DNA of 63,490 nucleotides, filler included, from Limisphaerales bacterium (lineage in GTDB: Bacteria; Verrucomicrobiota; Verrucomicrobiia; Limisphaerales; SIBE01): assembly GCA_044225505.1 (NCBI GenBank). It is 3 parts of 3 records of this genome, joined end to end, with 100 filler letters (N's around TTAATTAATTAA, not from the genome) between each part and the next. Parts side by side here need not be neighbours in the genome. Positions count along the whole stretch, not along the records: positions 43,742 to 63,490 come from JBGAIN010000154.1; 2 more parts are not named here. One strand, written 5' to 3'. Shown here piece by piece: positions 50,764-60,533 of the stretch. Within the stretch, counting starts at the first letter, position 1, and each line of letters opens with the position of its first letter. The position numbers and the translations under genes are program-made. Below the pieces are notes generated by a model. That model ran no database searches. It was not told where the DNA came from and worked only from the letters and a program-made list of their open reading frames with translations.

Positions 50764-53700
50764 TTAATTTCCCGAGTACGCATATGTTTGGAAGAAGATC
50801 CTGATATCCAGGACGCCATTGCCATCACGCTGCCCGTTTGGCAGCAGCGTGCCATTGATGAAGCGCTGAATCCCTTCGACGCGGTCGTTGTGGAGCGTGC
50901 CGCCAGGAATGATTAACAGCCAGCGTGTGTTCCACACGGACCGGCCAATCAACCGGCTGTCGCTAATCGTTTGAGCAGGATCGAAACTCCCGCTGTCATG
51001 ATAAGCCCGAAAGCGGGCGAACTGCCGAATGTCCCCGAGTTCATCGGATAGTGTGTCGTTCGTCGGAATCCAACGTGGGTTACTCAAGGCCCCTTCACTG
51101 AGTGGAAAGGGCACCGGCAGTTTTTGATCCAAAATCTTCCACTCGCGAATCGTGCCCGCATTACCGGTGGGCGAACGAAGCACGTCATTGCCGACAGGCA
51201 CGAGATACACGCGCGGAGTGTTGATCATGCCCGCCCCCAGATTGTTGTAATTGGCGAACCAGACACCCACCGTGCGAATCTTCGTGGCGAAATGGGTTGA
51301 GTCGTAGTCGTTGTCGCCTCCACCCGCGGGCCAACCGAAGAAATTCTGGCCGAAATTGATGGTGGTGGAGAACGGAATGACTATCGCCGGCTCGACCGCT
51401 TGCTGAGGTTGAAAGGGAATGCAGTATCGCTTGAATTCCTGGAAATCCAGCAGATTGTCAACGATGTTCCGCTGGAGTTCTTCCCGCCACAGCTTGCTTC
51501 CTTCCGCTCCGGGTTGAATCCGGAACAGCTCCGAGCGCAGAGAAAAGCGGCCAGTCTCAGTTTGGGGATTGTTAAACCCGAGTTGTCCCTTGAGAACCAG
51601 GTCCCAGTTCGTAATCATGCGAGCCATGGGATCGGCAAGCCCGGCGTCGCCTCGTCCAGCGCCGGTATGCGGTTGCCCGCCTTCAACGAGCCCAAGCGAC
51701 CTCGAACGGATGATGCTCGTCAAGAAATTGACTCCCGGCCCGCGCGAATCATTGTCTCCGAGGTTGGTTTCAAAATCGTAGGCCCGCGCTGACAGGTACA
51801 CATACATGGCGGCGAGGTCGAACTGAGCGCGGTACTTTTGCAGGGCGTCATTGCGAAAGATTCTGAAGGCCATGTCCTTGTAGCGATAGGACTGGACCTG
51901 AGTGGCGGTTTGGGCGCGAAAGCGAAGCCGGTCCTCCAGCAGCCGTTGTCCCCGGCTTAAGACGGACATTTGTTTGCTGATCGCTTGTTGCAGGGCTTCT
52001 TGAAGGGTAAAGATTTCCAGACGCAGAATGGCTTCCTGCCGGACGAGTTGCCGCAACTTGGCGATTTCTCCTTTGATCGCCTGTGTGTTGCTCAGATCAG
52101 TCAGTTCGATGCTTTGCTGGGCAGCTGCACTCTCTTTGGCATGCTGATATCCCAGTTGCTCGCGCCCTTCATCGTCAGCCGCATCTTGCATCAAAGACCC
52201 GGCGACACCTGCCACCAATTTGATGCCACCGCGAATCGGTGCGGTGAAGTCGTTTGCAAATCCCTGCACTTTCGTAATGGATTCCGAGGCGGCTTCACCG
52301 GCAATTTGGACGGCTTTGGCCCAGAACGACCAGCGTTGTTGCAATTGAGCGGAACGCCTGATCATCGCGTTCAAGTCTTCCTGTTCAGCCTTGGTCTTGT
52401 ACAGGATCTTAATGGTTTCCGCATTCACATCATATTGAGACTCGATCAGGTCGGCAGTCTCTTGGATCGTTTGGATGTGGTTGTCATATTCACGCAGGGC
52501 TTTTTGAAATCGGGCTCGCCCTTGAAGCAGTTCGGAGCGGGTCTGTTGAATCTCTCCGGGCGCCCTGCGTTTCTGGGTCCACGCGGCCGGCTTGATCAGG
52601 CCGAGGCCGTCAGAGGCAACCTCGAAAATGACTCCTTTGGGATTCGAAGAGACGTCGCCACCGACGAGGACCTGGTAATCCCGAAAGATCGCCGTGAATT
52701 GCTGCGTCGGGGGCGAATTCTCACCCATGAGTTCGGTGCGATCGACGTAGTCATAATGGTATATGTCCGGCCCGTCATAGCCACTGGGATAGGTTCCCGT
52801 CGGCCCGATATCGTCCGGGTAGGGATATCCGAAAATCTCGATCAACCGGCTTTGAAAGTCCGCTTCGTGTTCAACGACGGCTTTTTGAAATTCAGAGACA
52901 CTATCCGCTTGCCGGCGCAGCAACTGCGTGGAGTTATTGGCATGGTTAAAGACGGCAATGGCATTGTTCATCGCCCGGACGGCCCGTTCATAGGTCTGTT
53001 CGAAGTGAGTCTTTCCCTGGGCAACCTGATTGGGATCGATGTCAAACGGGACGACGTTCTTGGCTAAGCCGAGCGGGTTTAAGCCTGCGTCAGCCATATC
53101 TACCTTGGACTCAATATCGGTATAAGCGGCTGCGATGTCGCGCAGCTCCGTTACAGTGGTGCGGTCAACTTTTTGGATGCCCGTGTGGCTCGGATTCAAG
53201 TCTTTTTCCGGAAGAAGCGCATTGGCCACCAACCAATCAAAATAGGAGCCCTGGCCAGCGCGGCTGCCCCATTCGGCGAGCCCCCAAGCCCGGTCTTCTT
53301 GGGCATCCTGATAGCCTTGCCATTGCCCTTCCGGGTCCTCGACATATGCGCTTCTGTAAGTGAGACTGACAATTTCGGCGCCCGTCTTGGCCAGCGCAGC
53401 GGCGGCAGCGGCAAATTTCCTTTCGTCCAGAAAGTCCACCGAAACAGGCACACCGCCGACGAGCACGGCCTCAATGCGTGGCACCCAGGTGAAGTTGGGA
53501 TTCCGCAGCAGACGGTAGTAATTCTTGATCCCGGTCAGATAGGAACCCCAAGCATCGCCGTGGCCCTGGGGATAGAGCACCTTGGCATCCGCTTCGTCGA
53601 TAGTGCCGGATACATCCCCGCTTTCGTTGCGAATGTTATAGTTGAGCGCATAGGCGACTTCGCCGCCGTTGATGTCGCTGGTGAAATTCCATATGAGACG

Positions 53701-56700
53701 GTTGTAAAATGGATACGTCGTGATCAGGGGCAGCTTGGAGTTGTCGCGGCCCCGCAGGAGTGCAAGTTCCTCCTCGATCAAAGTAGCGGTCTGATTCATG
53801 AAGCAGTGGATGGAAGTCGCCTGGGAGCCGTAAACGCGATCGTCTGTGCCGAATGCTATTGTCGGATCCGCGGCATCCGCGTAAGCCTCGTTCCCTAAAA
53901 GTACAAACAGGTCGGCCAGCCGCCCGGCCGCCAATAACAATGCGTCATTCGCTGGTCCATAGTTGACGGCCGGCAACCCGTTGACGCTCAAACTCATTCC
54001 CCGGCGGAGGACGGTTTCGTACACCTCGATCAGTCCGAGTCTGTTAGCCGCTTCCTGATTCAGAGGCACAGCGCCGACGAATGGCGGGCCTGCCTGGCTG
54101 ATCATGCTGACGATCGTGTTAACCTGGTTGTCCTGATACGACTTGAATTTCTGTTCAAAAGGATTGATGCCGCGCAGCACACGCTTAATCCAGCCTTCGG
54201 CCAGCATGGGGGACGTCCAGGCGCTCCAGCCCTCGGTATTATTCGCAACCGCGCATAAGGGCGCCGCGCCCGATCGCGCCGAGGGCAGCGGCCGATAGCG
54301 GCAGATGAAGTAGTTGTCGGTCAAAGTGAATAGACCAGGCCCCTCAATCGTGATATCAAGTGCACCCTCACCCGTGGCGGGTTTCGGGCTAAAAACCGCC
54401 CACTGGTCGGGTGGATTAGTCGGGGGAAGACCGTCCACGGGCGGGCGCGTGCGCCATTCAAAGACGTAGGCATCCGCCCGCCCCGCAAAATCACCACTAT
54501 GACGGAGGGTGAGTTTCTCATCGAAAGGATTGTCCGATTCGATGACTTTAATCTCACCCTGATAGGTCGGACAGGTCACGCGAATGACCGCCAAACTAAT
54601 GGGCTCAGCTGGGGCACTCAGGTCGTTGCTGTTGGCAAATGCGAGGGTGACATATCCGGTCCTCTGCGCGAAGCCTGCGGTCAGGGCCAGTGAATCAAAG
54701 CCTTTAGAATCAGGTGGGACTTCGGTGACCGTTGCGGTCAGAGCCCCGAGTGCCGTAACGGCTGCTTGAAAAGTGGAATCCGTGCTCAAACCCGAGAGGA
54801 TGGCCCTGTCGCGAGCCGTGAGGACGTTCAGGAGAAGGTAATATTCCCCAGCGGGCGGTTCCACAAACCCGCCTTTGAACTTCAGCTTATGATTCACCGG
54901 GTCGTACGAGACGCGCTTGCGCAAGTGGGGCGGAAGTGTCGGGAAGAGTCTCAAGCCTTTCTCCGTGACAGTGGCAAGGTCGCCCGGAAGCTGGCTTAGA
55001 TCCACCTGATACTCCCGAGTGGGATCGATCAACTTGACACTGGTTCCCTGGCCCAGCTCCGAGGCTTGCTGATAGATGATCTCTACACTCGTCTGCAGGC
55101 TGATGTCCGGCAAACCGAACTTCGCTTTAACCAGCGTTTCGGCCACACGCAACTCCGGTGTAACCGGCCAACTGATGGTGTAGTTGATGTCGGTCGGAAT
55201 CTCCCGCGTTCCGCCAGGTCTCCGATCCAGCCAGGGAACGCACGCTCCGACCGACGGCTGTTGAGCTTCCGGGAAGAAAAAGCCGATCTGGACGGGGTAA
55301 AAGTAGCGCATGACGATTTCTGCCGGGCCGCCATCGTTGCCCGCCGCGCGCGCCCAGAAGTTGAGCTTTCGGTCGCGCCAATAAGGTCCGGAAACGCCGC
55401 TGGAAGCCGGGCATGCCTGAAACAGACTGAGAGGAAAGGGCGGTTGCACCAACGTCCCAGCCACCCCTGGATAATTGAAAAAGAAGGGCGCTTCCTCCGC
55501 GATCACCTTATAAACGATGTACTTCCACTTCAATGCGGCCGCAGGATCTCGATACTTGAGCAACGCATAAGGTTCGGAAGTAGAGGCCGAGCCCAAATCA
55601 TCGCGCAAGGCAAAAACGGATTCGCCTTGGCCTCCGTCGCGAATCAGAGCGTGCTCGTCGTTCGGATTGAACCCGGCGAGACCAGGATTATTCTGAAAGT
55701 ATATTCGATAATCCTTTTGCGTGAGCGGGTCGATCGGACCGCCGCCTTTCAAGCTGGCGATGATGATTTTGCTGGGATCAGACGGCCAGACAGCGTTATA
55801 CCGCTTGACGTAGGATGGCCATTGCACCCCTTGATTCACGTTGGACCACCACACCTCCAGAATTCCCTTGTTGACCGCGAAAATCTGTTTAGTGGTGAAC
55901 TCCGCCGGATCTTGAGAATCGCCGTCGTAAACCTCCCAATCGTATCGGTTGCCTTCCGGATAGTGAATGTATCCGGCGCGCGGTCCGGCGTGGCTCGGCT
56001 CGACTATTTCAGTGCCGATGTTCCAGTTGTTGATGGCGATAGCCTGCAGACCCGGGCTGGAAGATTGAACGGCCGCATCATCGTGGAACAGAGATCGCAC
56101 CACTTGGAAAGCGACGGCGTCGCCTTCGTCATACTTGAGCAACGACCATCCCGCTTGCGTTGTGGAAAATGAGTTGTTTGCCACTTGGTTGGCGTGACCG
56201 GCGGGCTCCTGGAAGGGCATCAGGGTTGCGGCCTTTCCCGCAGGAATTTTGACGTCCGGCCCTATCACAGTGCCTTGGCTGCGGACATACTTTTGATACT
56301 TTGCGGGAGTAGTGGGCCAGGCGGCTGTATAGCGGTGCAATTCATACGGCCAAACCACATTGGCTATGCCGCGTTTCATCCAGTATATCTCGATGTCTTC
56401 TGGATTGGCGGTTTTGCGTATCGCATAGAGAAAACCGGACTGGGGCGAAGGCTGCTTGGCATGCAGGTAAAGGAACTGGGATTCAGGCGATCCGGTCCCC
56501 AAACCGCGGATGACGACAGGAGGCGCCGGGGCGGCGGGAACGACAAAGGGCAAGATTTGAGAGCCGAGGTCAACTTGGTTGGGCGTTCCATCGGGGACCA
56601 GATTTGAACGGAGCGCGACGATCTCGATCCCAAGGAATTGCCCGTTTTGGCGAAACTCGACCAAGAGAAGCCCGGTTTTGTCTTTGGCGTAGAGACTGCC

Positions 56701-57426
56701 GTTTGGGGTCCGGATCAGGTATGGCACGGGATCATTGGGCAGAGCCGTATTCCAATGGAACGTCTGCTGGATCTCAGAGATATTTACGATGGGCGCTTTG
56801 GTCTGTGGAACCGGAAGGGGGTTGGCCTTGAAATCGGAGCCAGGATCCGGGCTGGGATTGTGTGTGTGATAGATCCCCACCGGATCGCTGAATGGGCGCC
56901 CGTCAATCAGGTATTTGACCGGGCCAATGGGACTGCTATCCGCCTTTTTCCAAGTGATTTCGACAAAGCCAGCTTCGTTCGCAAAGACCTTTTTGACATC
57001 GGGCAGGTAGAAGGCTTTCACCCCAGGATTGATCAGCGGCGCTTTGCTCAGATCCGCCTGCAGGGCTGCGTCCGGAATGATTTCCTCGCCGAAGAGGAAA
57101 TCGGCCTGACGTGGTTCGGCCACAGGCTGTGCGAAGCTGGATTGGACGAGATAGTAAGTGCCGTTGTTCGGAGTAACCACGGCGCCAGCAGCCCCGACAT
57201 TTCCACTGTAAAGAGCCATACTCTTGGGCTGGGGCGAACCGGTCAACCCCGGGACTGCGCTTGGCGCAGGGTTATAAATCTGATTCTGATACAGGAAAGG
57301 TGCGAGTGAATCGGCCTGCTGAGCTCTGGCCGAAAGGATCGGCAGCCATCCTATGAGCAGCAGGCCGACGACGTTCCAGTGGGGCCTGCGCGTGGACAGG
57401 AGCCGCCCGCTTTTAGGAGAGTTCAT
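50764..57426 (-). CDS. Large secreted protein with TcA-like helical shell/channel and TcB-binding C-terminus
   Basis: Signal peptide (ARA-QQ), beta/Pro-rich N-half, long coiled coils around a small-residue hairpin. FDLA...YL.ARAYDFE, KIRTVGV.F, WLL.IP and DIRIFFQ parallel TcA C-terminal motifs. Abuts the TcB-like gene. Confidence 0.65.
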   Translation of the reverse strand: MNSPKSGRLLSTRRPHWNVVGLLLIGWLPILSARAQQADSLAPFLYQNQIYNPAPSAVPGLTGSPQPKSMALYSGNVGAAGAVVTPNNGTYYLVQSSFAQPVAEPRQADFLFGEEIIPDAALQADLSKAPLINPGVKAFYLPDVKKVFANEAGFVEITWKKADSSPIGPVKYLIDGRPFSDPVGIYHTHNPSPDPGSDFKANPLPVPQTKAPIVNISEIQQTFHWNTALPNDPVPYLIRTPNGSLYAKDKTGLLLVEFRQNGQFLGIEIVALRSNLVPDGTPNQVDLGSQILPFVVPAAPAPPVVIRGLGTGSPESQFLYLHAKQPSPQSGFLYAIRKTANPEDIEIYWMKRGIANVVWPYELHRYTAAWPTTPAKYQKYVRSQGTVIGPDVKIPAGKAATLMPFQEPAGHANQVANNSFSTTQAGWSLLKYDEGDAVAFQVVRSLFHDDAAVQSSSPGLQAIAINNWNIGTEIVEPSHAGPRAGYIHYPEGNRYDWEVYDGDSQDPAEFTTKQIFAVNKGILEVWWSNVNQGVQWPSYVKRYNAVWPSDPSKIIIASLKGGGPIDPLTQKDYRIYFQNNPGLAGFNPNDEHALIRDGGQGESVFALRDDLGSASTSEPYALLKYRDPAAALKWKYIVYKVIAEEAPFFFNYPGVAGTLVQPPFPLSLFQACPASSGVSGPYWRDRKLNFWARAAGNDGGPAEIVMRYFYPVQIGFFFPEAQQPSVGACVPWLDRRPGGTREIPTDINYTISWPVTPELRVAETLVKAKFGLPDISLQTSVEIIYQQASELGQGTSVKLIDPTREYQVDLSQLPGDLATVTEKGLRLFPTLPPHLRKRVSYDPVNHKLKFKGGFVEPPAGEYYLLLNVLTARDRAILSGLSTDSTFQAAVTALGALTATVTEVPPDSKGFDSLALTAGFAQRTGYVTLAFANSNDLSAPAEPISLAVIRVTCPTYQGEIKVIESDNPFDEKLTLRHSGDFAGRADAYVFEWRTRPPVDGLPPTNPPDQWAVFSPKPATGEGALDITIEGPGLFTLTDNYFICRYRPLPSARSGAAPLCAVANNTEGWSAWTSPMLAEGWIKRVLRGINPFEQKFKSYQDNQVNTIVSMISQAGPPFVGAVPLNQEAANRLGLIEVYETVLRRGMSLSVNGLPAVNYGPANDALLLAAGRLADLFVLLGNEAYADAADPTIAFGTDDRVYGSQATSIHCFMNQTATLIEEELALLRGRDNSKLPLITTYPFYNRLIWNFTSDINGGEVAYALNYNIRNESGDVSGTIDEADAKVLYPQGHGDAWGSYLTGIKNYYRLLRNPNFTWVPRIEAVLVGGVPVSVDFLDERKFAAAAAALAKTGAEIVSLTYRSAYVEDPEGQWQGYQDAQEDRAWGLAEWGSRAGQGSYFDWLVANALLPEKDLNPSHTGIQKVDRTTVTELRDIAAAYTDIESKVDMADAGLNPLGLAKNVVPFDIDPNQVAQGKTHFEQTYERAVRAMNNAIAVFNHANNSTQLLRRQADSVSEFQKAVVEHEADFQSRLIEIFGYPYPDDIGPTGTYPSGYDGPDIYHYDYVDRTELMGENSPPTQQFTAIFRDYQVLVGGDVSSNPKGVIFEVASDGLGLIKPAAWTQKRRAPGEIQQTRSELLQGRARFQKALREYDNHIQTIQETADLIESQYDVNAETIKILYKTKAEQEDLNAMIRRSAQLQQRWSFWAKAVQIAGEAASESITKVQGFANDFTAPIRGGIKLVAGVAGSLMQDAADDEGREQLGYQHAKESAAAQQSIELTDLSNTQAIKGEIAKLRQLVRQEAILRLEIFTLQEALQQAISKQMSVLSRGQRLLEDRLRFRAQTATQVQSYRYKDMAFRIFRNDALQKYRAQFDLAAMYVYLSARAYDFETNLGDNDSRGPGVNFLTSIIRSRSLGLVEGGQPHTGAGRGDAGLADPMARMITNWDLVLKGQLGFNNPQTETGRFSLRSELFRIQPGAEGSKLWREELQRNIVDNLLDFQEFKRYCIPFQPQQAVEPAIVIPFSTTINFGQNFFGWPAGGGDNDYDSTHFATKIRTVGVWFANYNNLGAGMINTPRVYLVPVGNDVLRSPTGNAGTIREWKILDQKLPVPFPLSEGALSNPRWIPTNDTLSDELGDIRQFARFRAYHDSGSFDPAQTISDSRLIGRSVWNTRWLLIIPGGTLHNDRVEGIQRFINGTLLPNGQRDGNGVLDIRIFFQTYAYSGN

Positions 57427-57469
57427 GGTTTTGGCTGGTAAAAGGAGCGAATGCTCGGACGGCTGCGCG

Positions 57470-58627
57470 TCATTCTTGACCGGCTCGTGCTTCCGCGCCC
57501 TGCCGGATGACGATGCGGTCCACTTGCGCCTTCAACTCGGCCATGGCGCGCTTTAAGTCCTGAATCTCCAAGTCTCGCTCCTGGACAATCTGATGTAGTC
57601 CTTGGATGGCCGCCAACGCGACCCCGTCAGCATCGACGGTCGCTATGGCCGTCGAAACGTTTCCGAGACCAAACGCGGCCCGAAAATCTTGCGCCATCGG
57701 GCCGACATGTTTCACCCCGGCCTCTTCGGCCTTGAAACGCCACTGTTGAATGGGCAACTTCGCCACCCTTTCGAGAATGGACGCAGTATCCACCGGGGTG
57801 AAGTCGGCCTTGGCGTTGACGTCTGAATCGGAATTGATCGTCCCGCTGGCGCGAATGCTGCCGATGACGTGGAGCTTGTATCCCGGAGTAGCCGTGCCGA
57901 TCCCGACATTGCCGGAAGTTGCAATGGCGATTCCCTGTTCTGGCCCTCGGGGTAATCGTCCCGTCATGGCAATCAGTTTCAGCGTTGAGTCATCGAATCT
58001 AACGTCGGCTCGGTTGACGATTCCCATTGTCAATCCCGTTTCGGCATTGGGGCTGCCGAAGGCGATGCTTCCCCCGCTCCCGCCCGTCCGAAAAACCGCT
58101 CCGCCAAGGAGATCCAGCCGATAACTGGTGGAGGGGGGGGTGCCGATGCCTAAGTAACCGTCAGCTTGGATGAGATCACCTTTCAAACCAGCGGCGGTGA
58201 GCGCTTGAAATGCGTAGGGCGCCGCCAGCATCTGCTGCCGGGGAACGATCGGACTGCCATCACCCACCTTCAACTCGAGGAAGACTGAACCGTTCGCGGC
58301 GAAAACAGCACCGAGATCCTTGCCAGAAGTGTCTTTCGGACCGAGGACCAGGTTGAAACGCCCTTGCACAACGGGCACCTTTGGCCCCAGTCCGGGACCG
58401 CTCTGTCCATTGAACTTTTGCGGGCCCCATACGGGGGCACCACCGGATTCGACAGCATAGAGATTAATCTCGAGCTCATAATCGTTGGTTGGCATCGGGT
58501 TGCCAGCCGCATCCAGCAATTGCCCTTGGTAATTGATCAGCTGGGTGATCGTTTGTCCGAGGACCCCGGCGCGATCCACACCGACAAGTGCGAACAGCGC
58601 CACGAGAAGGAGTATTTCTTTTTTCAT
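57470..58627 (-). CDS. Secreted fibre/adhesin-like protein with peptidase S74 intramolecular chaperone
   Basis: Signal peptide, INYQGQL.D..G.P domain, G.VGIGT..P repeats, SDVNAK...W.FK...HVGPMAQDF...D..GVALAAIQGL, coiled coil. Confidence 0.85.
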   Translation of the reverse strand: MKKEILLLVALFALVGVDRAGVLGQTITQLINYQGQLLDAAGNPMPTNDYELEINLYAVESGGAPVWGPQKFNGQSGPGLGPKVPVVQGRFNLVLGPKDTSGKDLGAVFAANGSVFLELKVGDGSPIVPRQQMLAAPYAFQALTAAGLKGDLIQADGYLGIGTPPSTSYRLDLLGGAVFRTGGSGGSIAFGSPNAETGLTMGIVNRADVRFDDSTLKLIAMTGRLPRGPEQGIAIATSGNVGIGTATPGYKLHVIGSIRASGTINSDSDVNAKADFTPVDTASILERVAKLPIQQWRFKAEEAGVKHVGPMAQDFRAAFGLGNVSTAIATVDADGVALAAIQGLHQIVQERDLEIQDLKRAMAELKAQVDRIVIRQGAEARAGQE

Positions 58628-58668
58628 TTTGGCTGTCAGTTGACTGAGTATTGCGCTTGCGAATCGAC

Positions 58669-60513
58669 CTAAAGCCCGTCATTCAAGACACCGATCCGTG
58701 AGGCTTGGGTTAAACGAAAGCTTCCTAAGGCGTAGATGGTTTTAGCGTGCAGCCCGGTGATCGTTTCCCGATAAATCCCGCCCAATTGGTTGTCGCCCCA
58801 ACCGGCAACGGCGAGTTGGTCAGGATCAGCTGCAGTGAACTCGAGTTCGATTCGGCGGGTGATAGTAAACGACTCGATTCCTTCCGGGACCTTGCGTTCA
58901 AAGCGATCGTCCAGGTTGTCGTGATCCGGATGGTACCGGTGTTTGAACGGGTTGAGTGGATCGTCAAAGTCAATCCTGACCTGGCAGGTGAGTTTACCGG
59001 CGCCGAAGCTCCCCGCACCAGTCAACTCCACCGGCTTGGCAAAACCAAAGGCCGGTGAACTTATTCGTCGCGCCACCGCCTGGCCATCCCGCAGGGTTGC
59101 TCCCGAGAATCGCGGAATCAGCGCGTCGTCCGTCACCAAAACAAAGCGGCCCGGCTGATCGACGATTTTCAGCGAGGGATCGTCGGGATTGGCTTTCAAC
59201 GTTCCTGGTTTAAACATTTGCAGCACCTTCTGCAGCAATTGCACCTTGCCGGCGTTATCCACGTGCAGAATCACTCGAAATTGAAGAGGCGAAGCTGTGG
59301 CACTGGGCAAATCAGCTGTGGCAATGCTGGCCGGTTGATTGACCTTTTGTATCGCTGCTGTCCCGACCCACAAGCCGGCTCGCGGATGAGGCGTCGCGGC
59401 CGGATTGCTTTGAGACGAGCCTTGGAGCGAAGCCCTCGAAGCTCTAGCGGCGTACGTCTTAAGCCCTTCCGCGCTGACCGGAACCAACTGCCTGAAACCC
59501 GCGCCGTTCGAGACTTCCAACAAACTTTGATAGAGCGCCCCATTGGAATTCGCCGAAGGAACAAACTCAGGCATCAGATTCCGATTCACTTCGAGTCTCA
59601 AAATCCATTCTTCTCCGGGCGCGATGGCGGTCTGCTGCAGCGCGCCAGTCAATGGAATCCAGCTGAACTCACCTTGGGCAGCGTTCTGCCGAAAATAGGA
59701 AAGGGGCACAGCTCCAGCCAGAGCAGGAGACCTGCTATCGGCGGGGTTGCCCGAAGCAATTGGCCGCACCGTGAATGACGCCGGAGAGGGGGAGGTGTTC
59801 TTGATTCGCAGTGTCTGCTCGATGAGGAGCCGGCCGTACCTCAATCCGTCCCGCTGCTCCAATTGGAGTTGCACTGGACCAGTGTAAGTGGAGTGGCCCT
59901 CGCAATAGATCCAATAGGCCATCCCACTGCTCAGGACGGTCGTGGCCGGGTTGGAAATCAATTCCCATTGGCCGGCGGCACTCAGCCAATACGCGGGCTT
60001 TCCAGCATGAGCGGGAGAGCCCGCAAAAAAGGCTTGGAAGTTAGGCAGGTTATTTCCACCCACAGAAAAACCCACGAGGTTGAACGAATCCGCCAGCCAA
60101 CGCGCCGAGCTAACCACCGGCTGGCCGGACAGATTCCACGTCGTCGCTCCCACGCCGTTCTTAAGCTTAACCAGATAAGTTTGCCCACCGCGAAGGGTAA
60201 ACAGGTTGCGCGTTTCGCGGGCGGTGTGATCGGCGGGCAAATAAGTCAGCCAATTAGGCTGGCCGGGAAGCAATTCGTTGGGGTCCTGAATAAATTGGAC
60301 AGGTGAAAAACGCTGGTTCCACGCCCAAACGCTCTCGATGGGCATCCCTTTGAAAATACTGTCGCAGTCGTTTGGCTCAGGCTGCACCTCCAGGTAAACC
60401 GCACTCCAGCCAGGTTGGAGCGGAATCGTCTGGGTCGCCCACTGCCCGAGAAGAGGCACGGTCCCGCAGCCGAGGACGAGAATGATCAGGCCAACAGAAA
60501 AACGACGAATCAT
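58669..60513 (-). CDS. Secreted hypothetical protein (beta-rich, L.PGW.. N-terminal module)
   Basis: AAGGAG RBS before ATG 60513; signal peptide MIRRFSVGLIILVLGC; motif NPFKHRYHPDHDNLD. Confidence 0.75.
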   Translation of the reverse strand: MIRRFSVGLIILVLGCGTVPLLGQWATQTIPLQPGWSAVYLEVQPEPNDCDSIFKGMPIESVWAWNQRFSPVQFIQDPNELLPGQPNWLTYLPADHTARETRNLFTLRGGQTYLVKLKNGVGATTWNLSGQPVVSSARWLADSFNLVGFSVGGNNLPNFQAFFAGSPAHAGKPAYWLSAAGQWELISNPATTVLSSGMAYWIYCEGHSTYTGPVQLQLEQRDGLRYGRLLIEQTLRIKNTSPSPASFTVRPIASGNPADSRSPALAGAVPLSYFRQNAAQGEFSWIPLTGALQQTAIAPGEEWILRLEVNRNLMPEFVPSANSNGALYQSLLEVSNGAGFRQLVPVSAEGLKTYAARASRASLQGSSQSNPAATPHPRAGLWVGTAAIQKVNQPASIATADLPSATASPLQFRVILHVDNAGKVQLLQKVLQMFKPGTLKANPDDPSLKIVDQPGRFVLVTDDALIPRFSGATLRDGQAVARRISSPAFGFAKPVELTGAGSFGAGKLTCQVRIDFDDPLNPFKHRYHPDHDNLDDRFERKVPEGIESFTITRRIELEFTAADPDQLAVAGWGDNQLGGIYRETITGLHAKTIYALGSFRLTQASRIGVLNDGL

Positions 60514-60533
60514 ATGCTCCTTTAGTGCAGAAC

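Noticed and set aside
57470..58627. Prophage or eCIS call based on the S74 fibre
   Set aside because: No capsid, terminase, sheath, tube or baseplate genes; the protein has a signal peptide.
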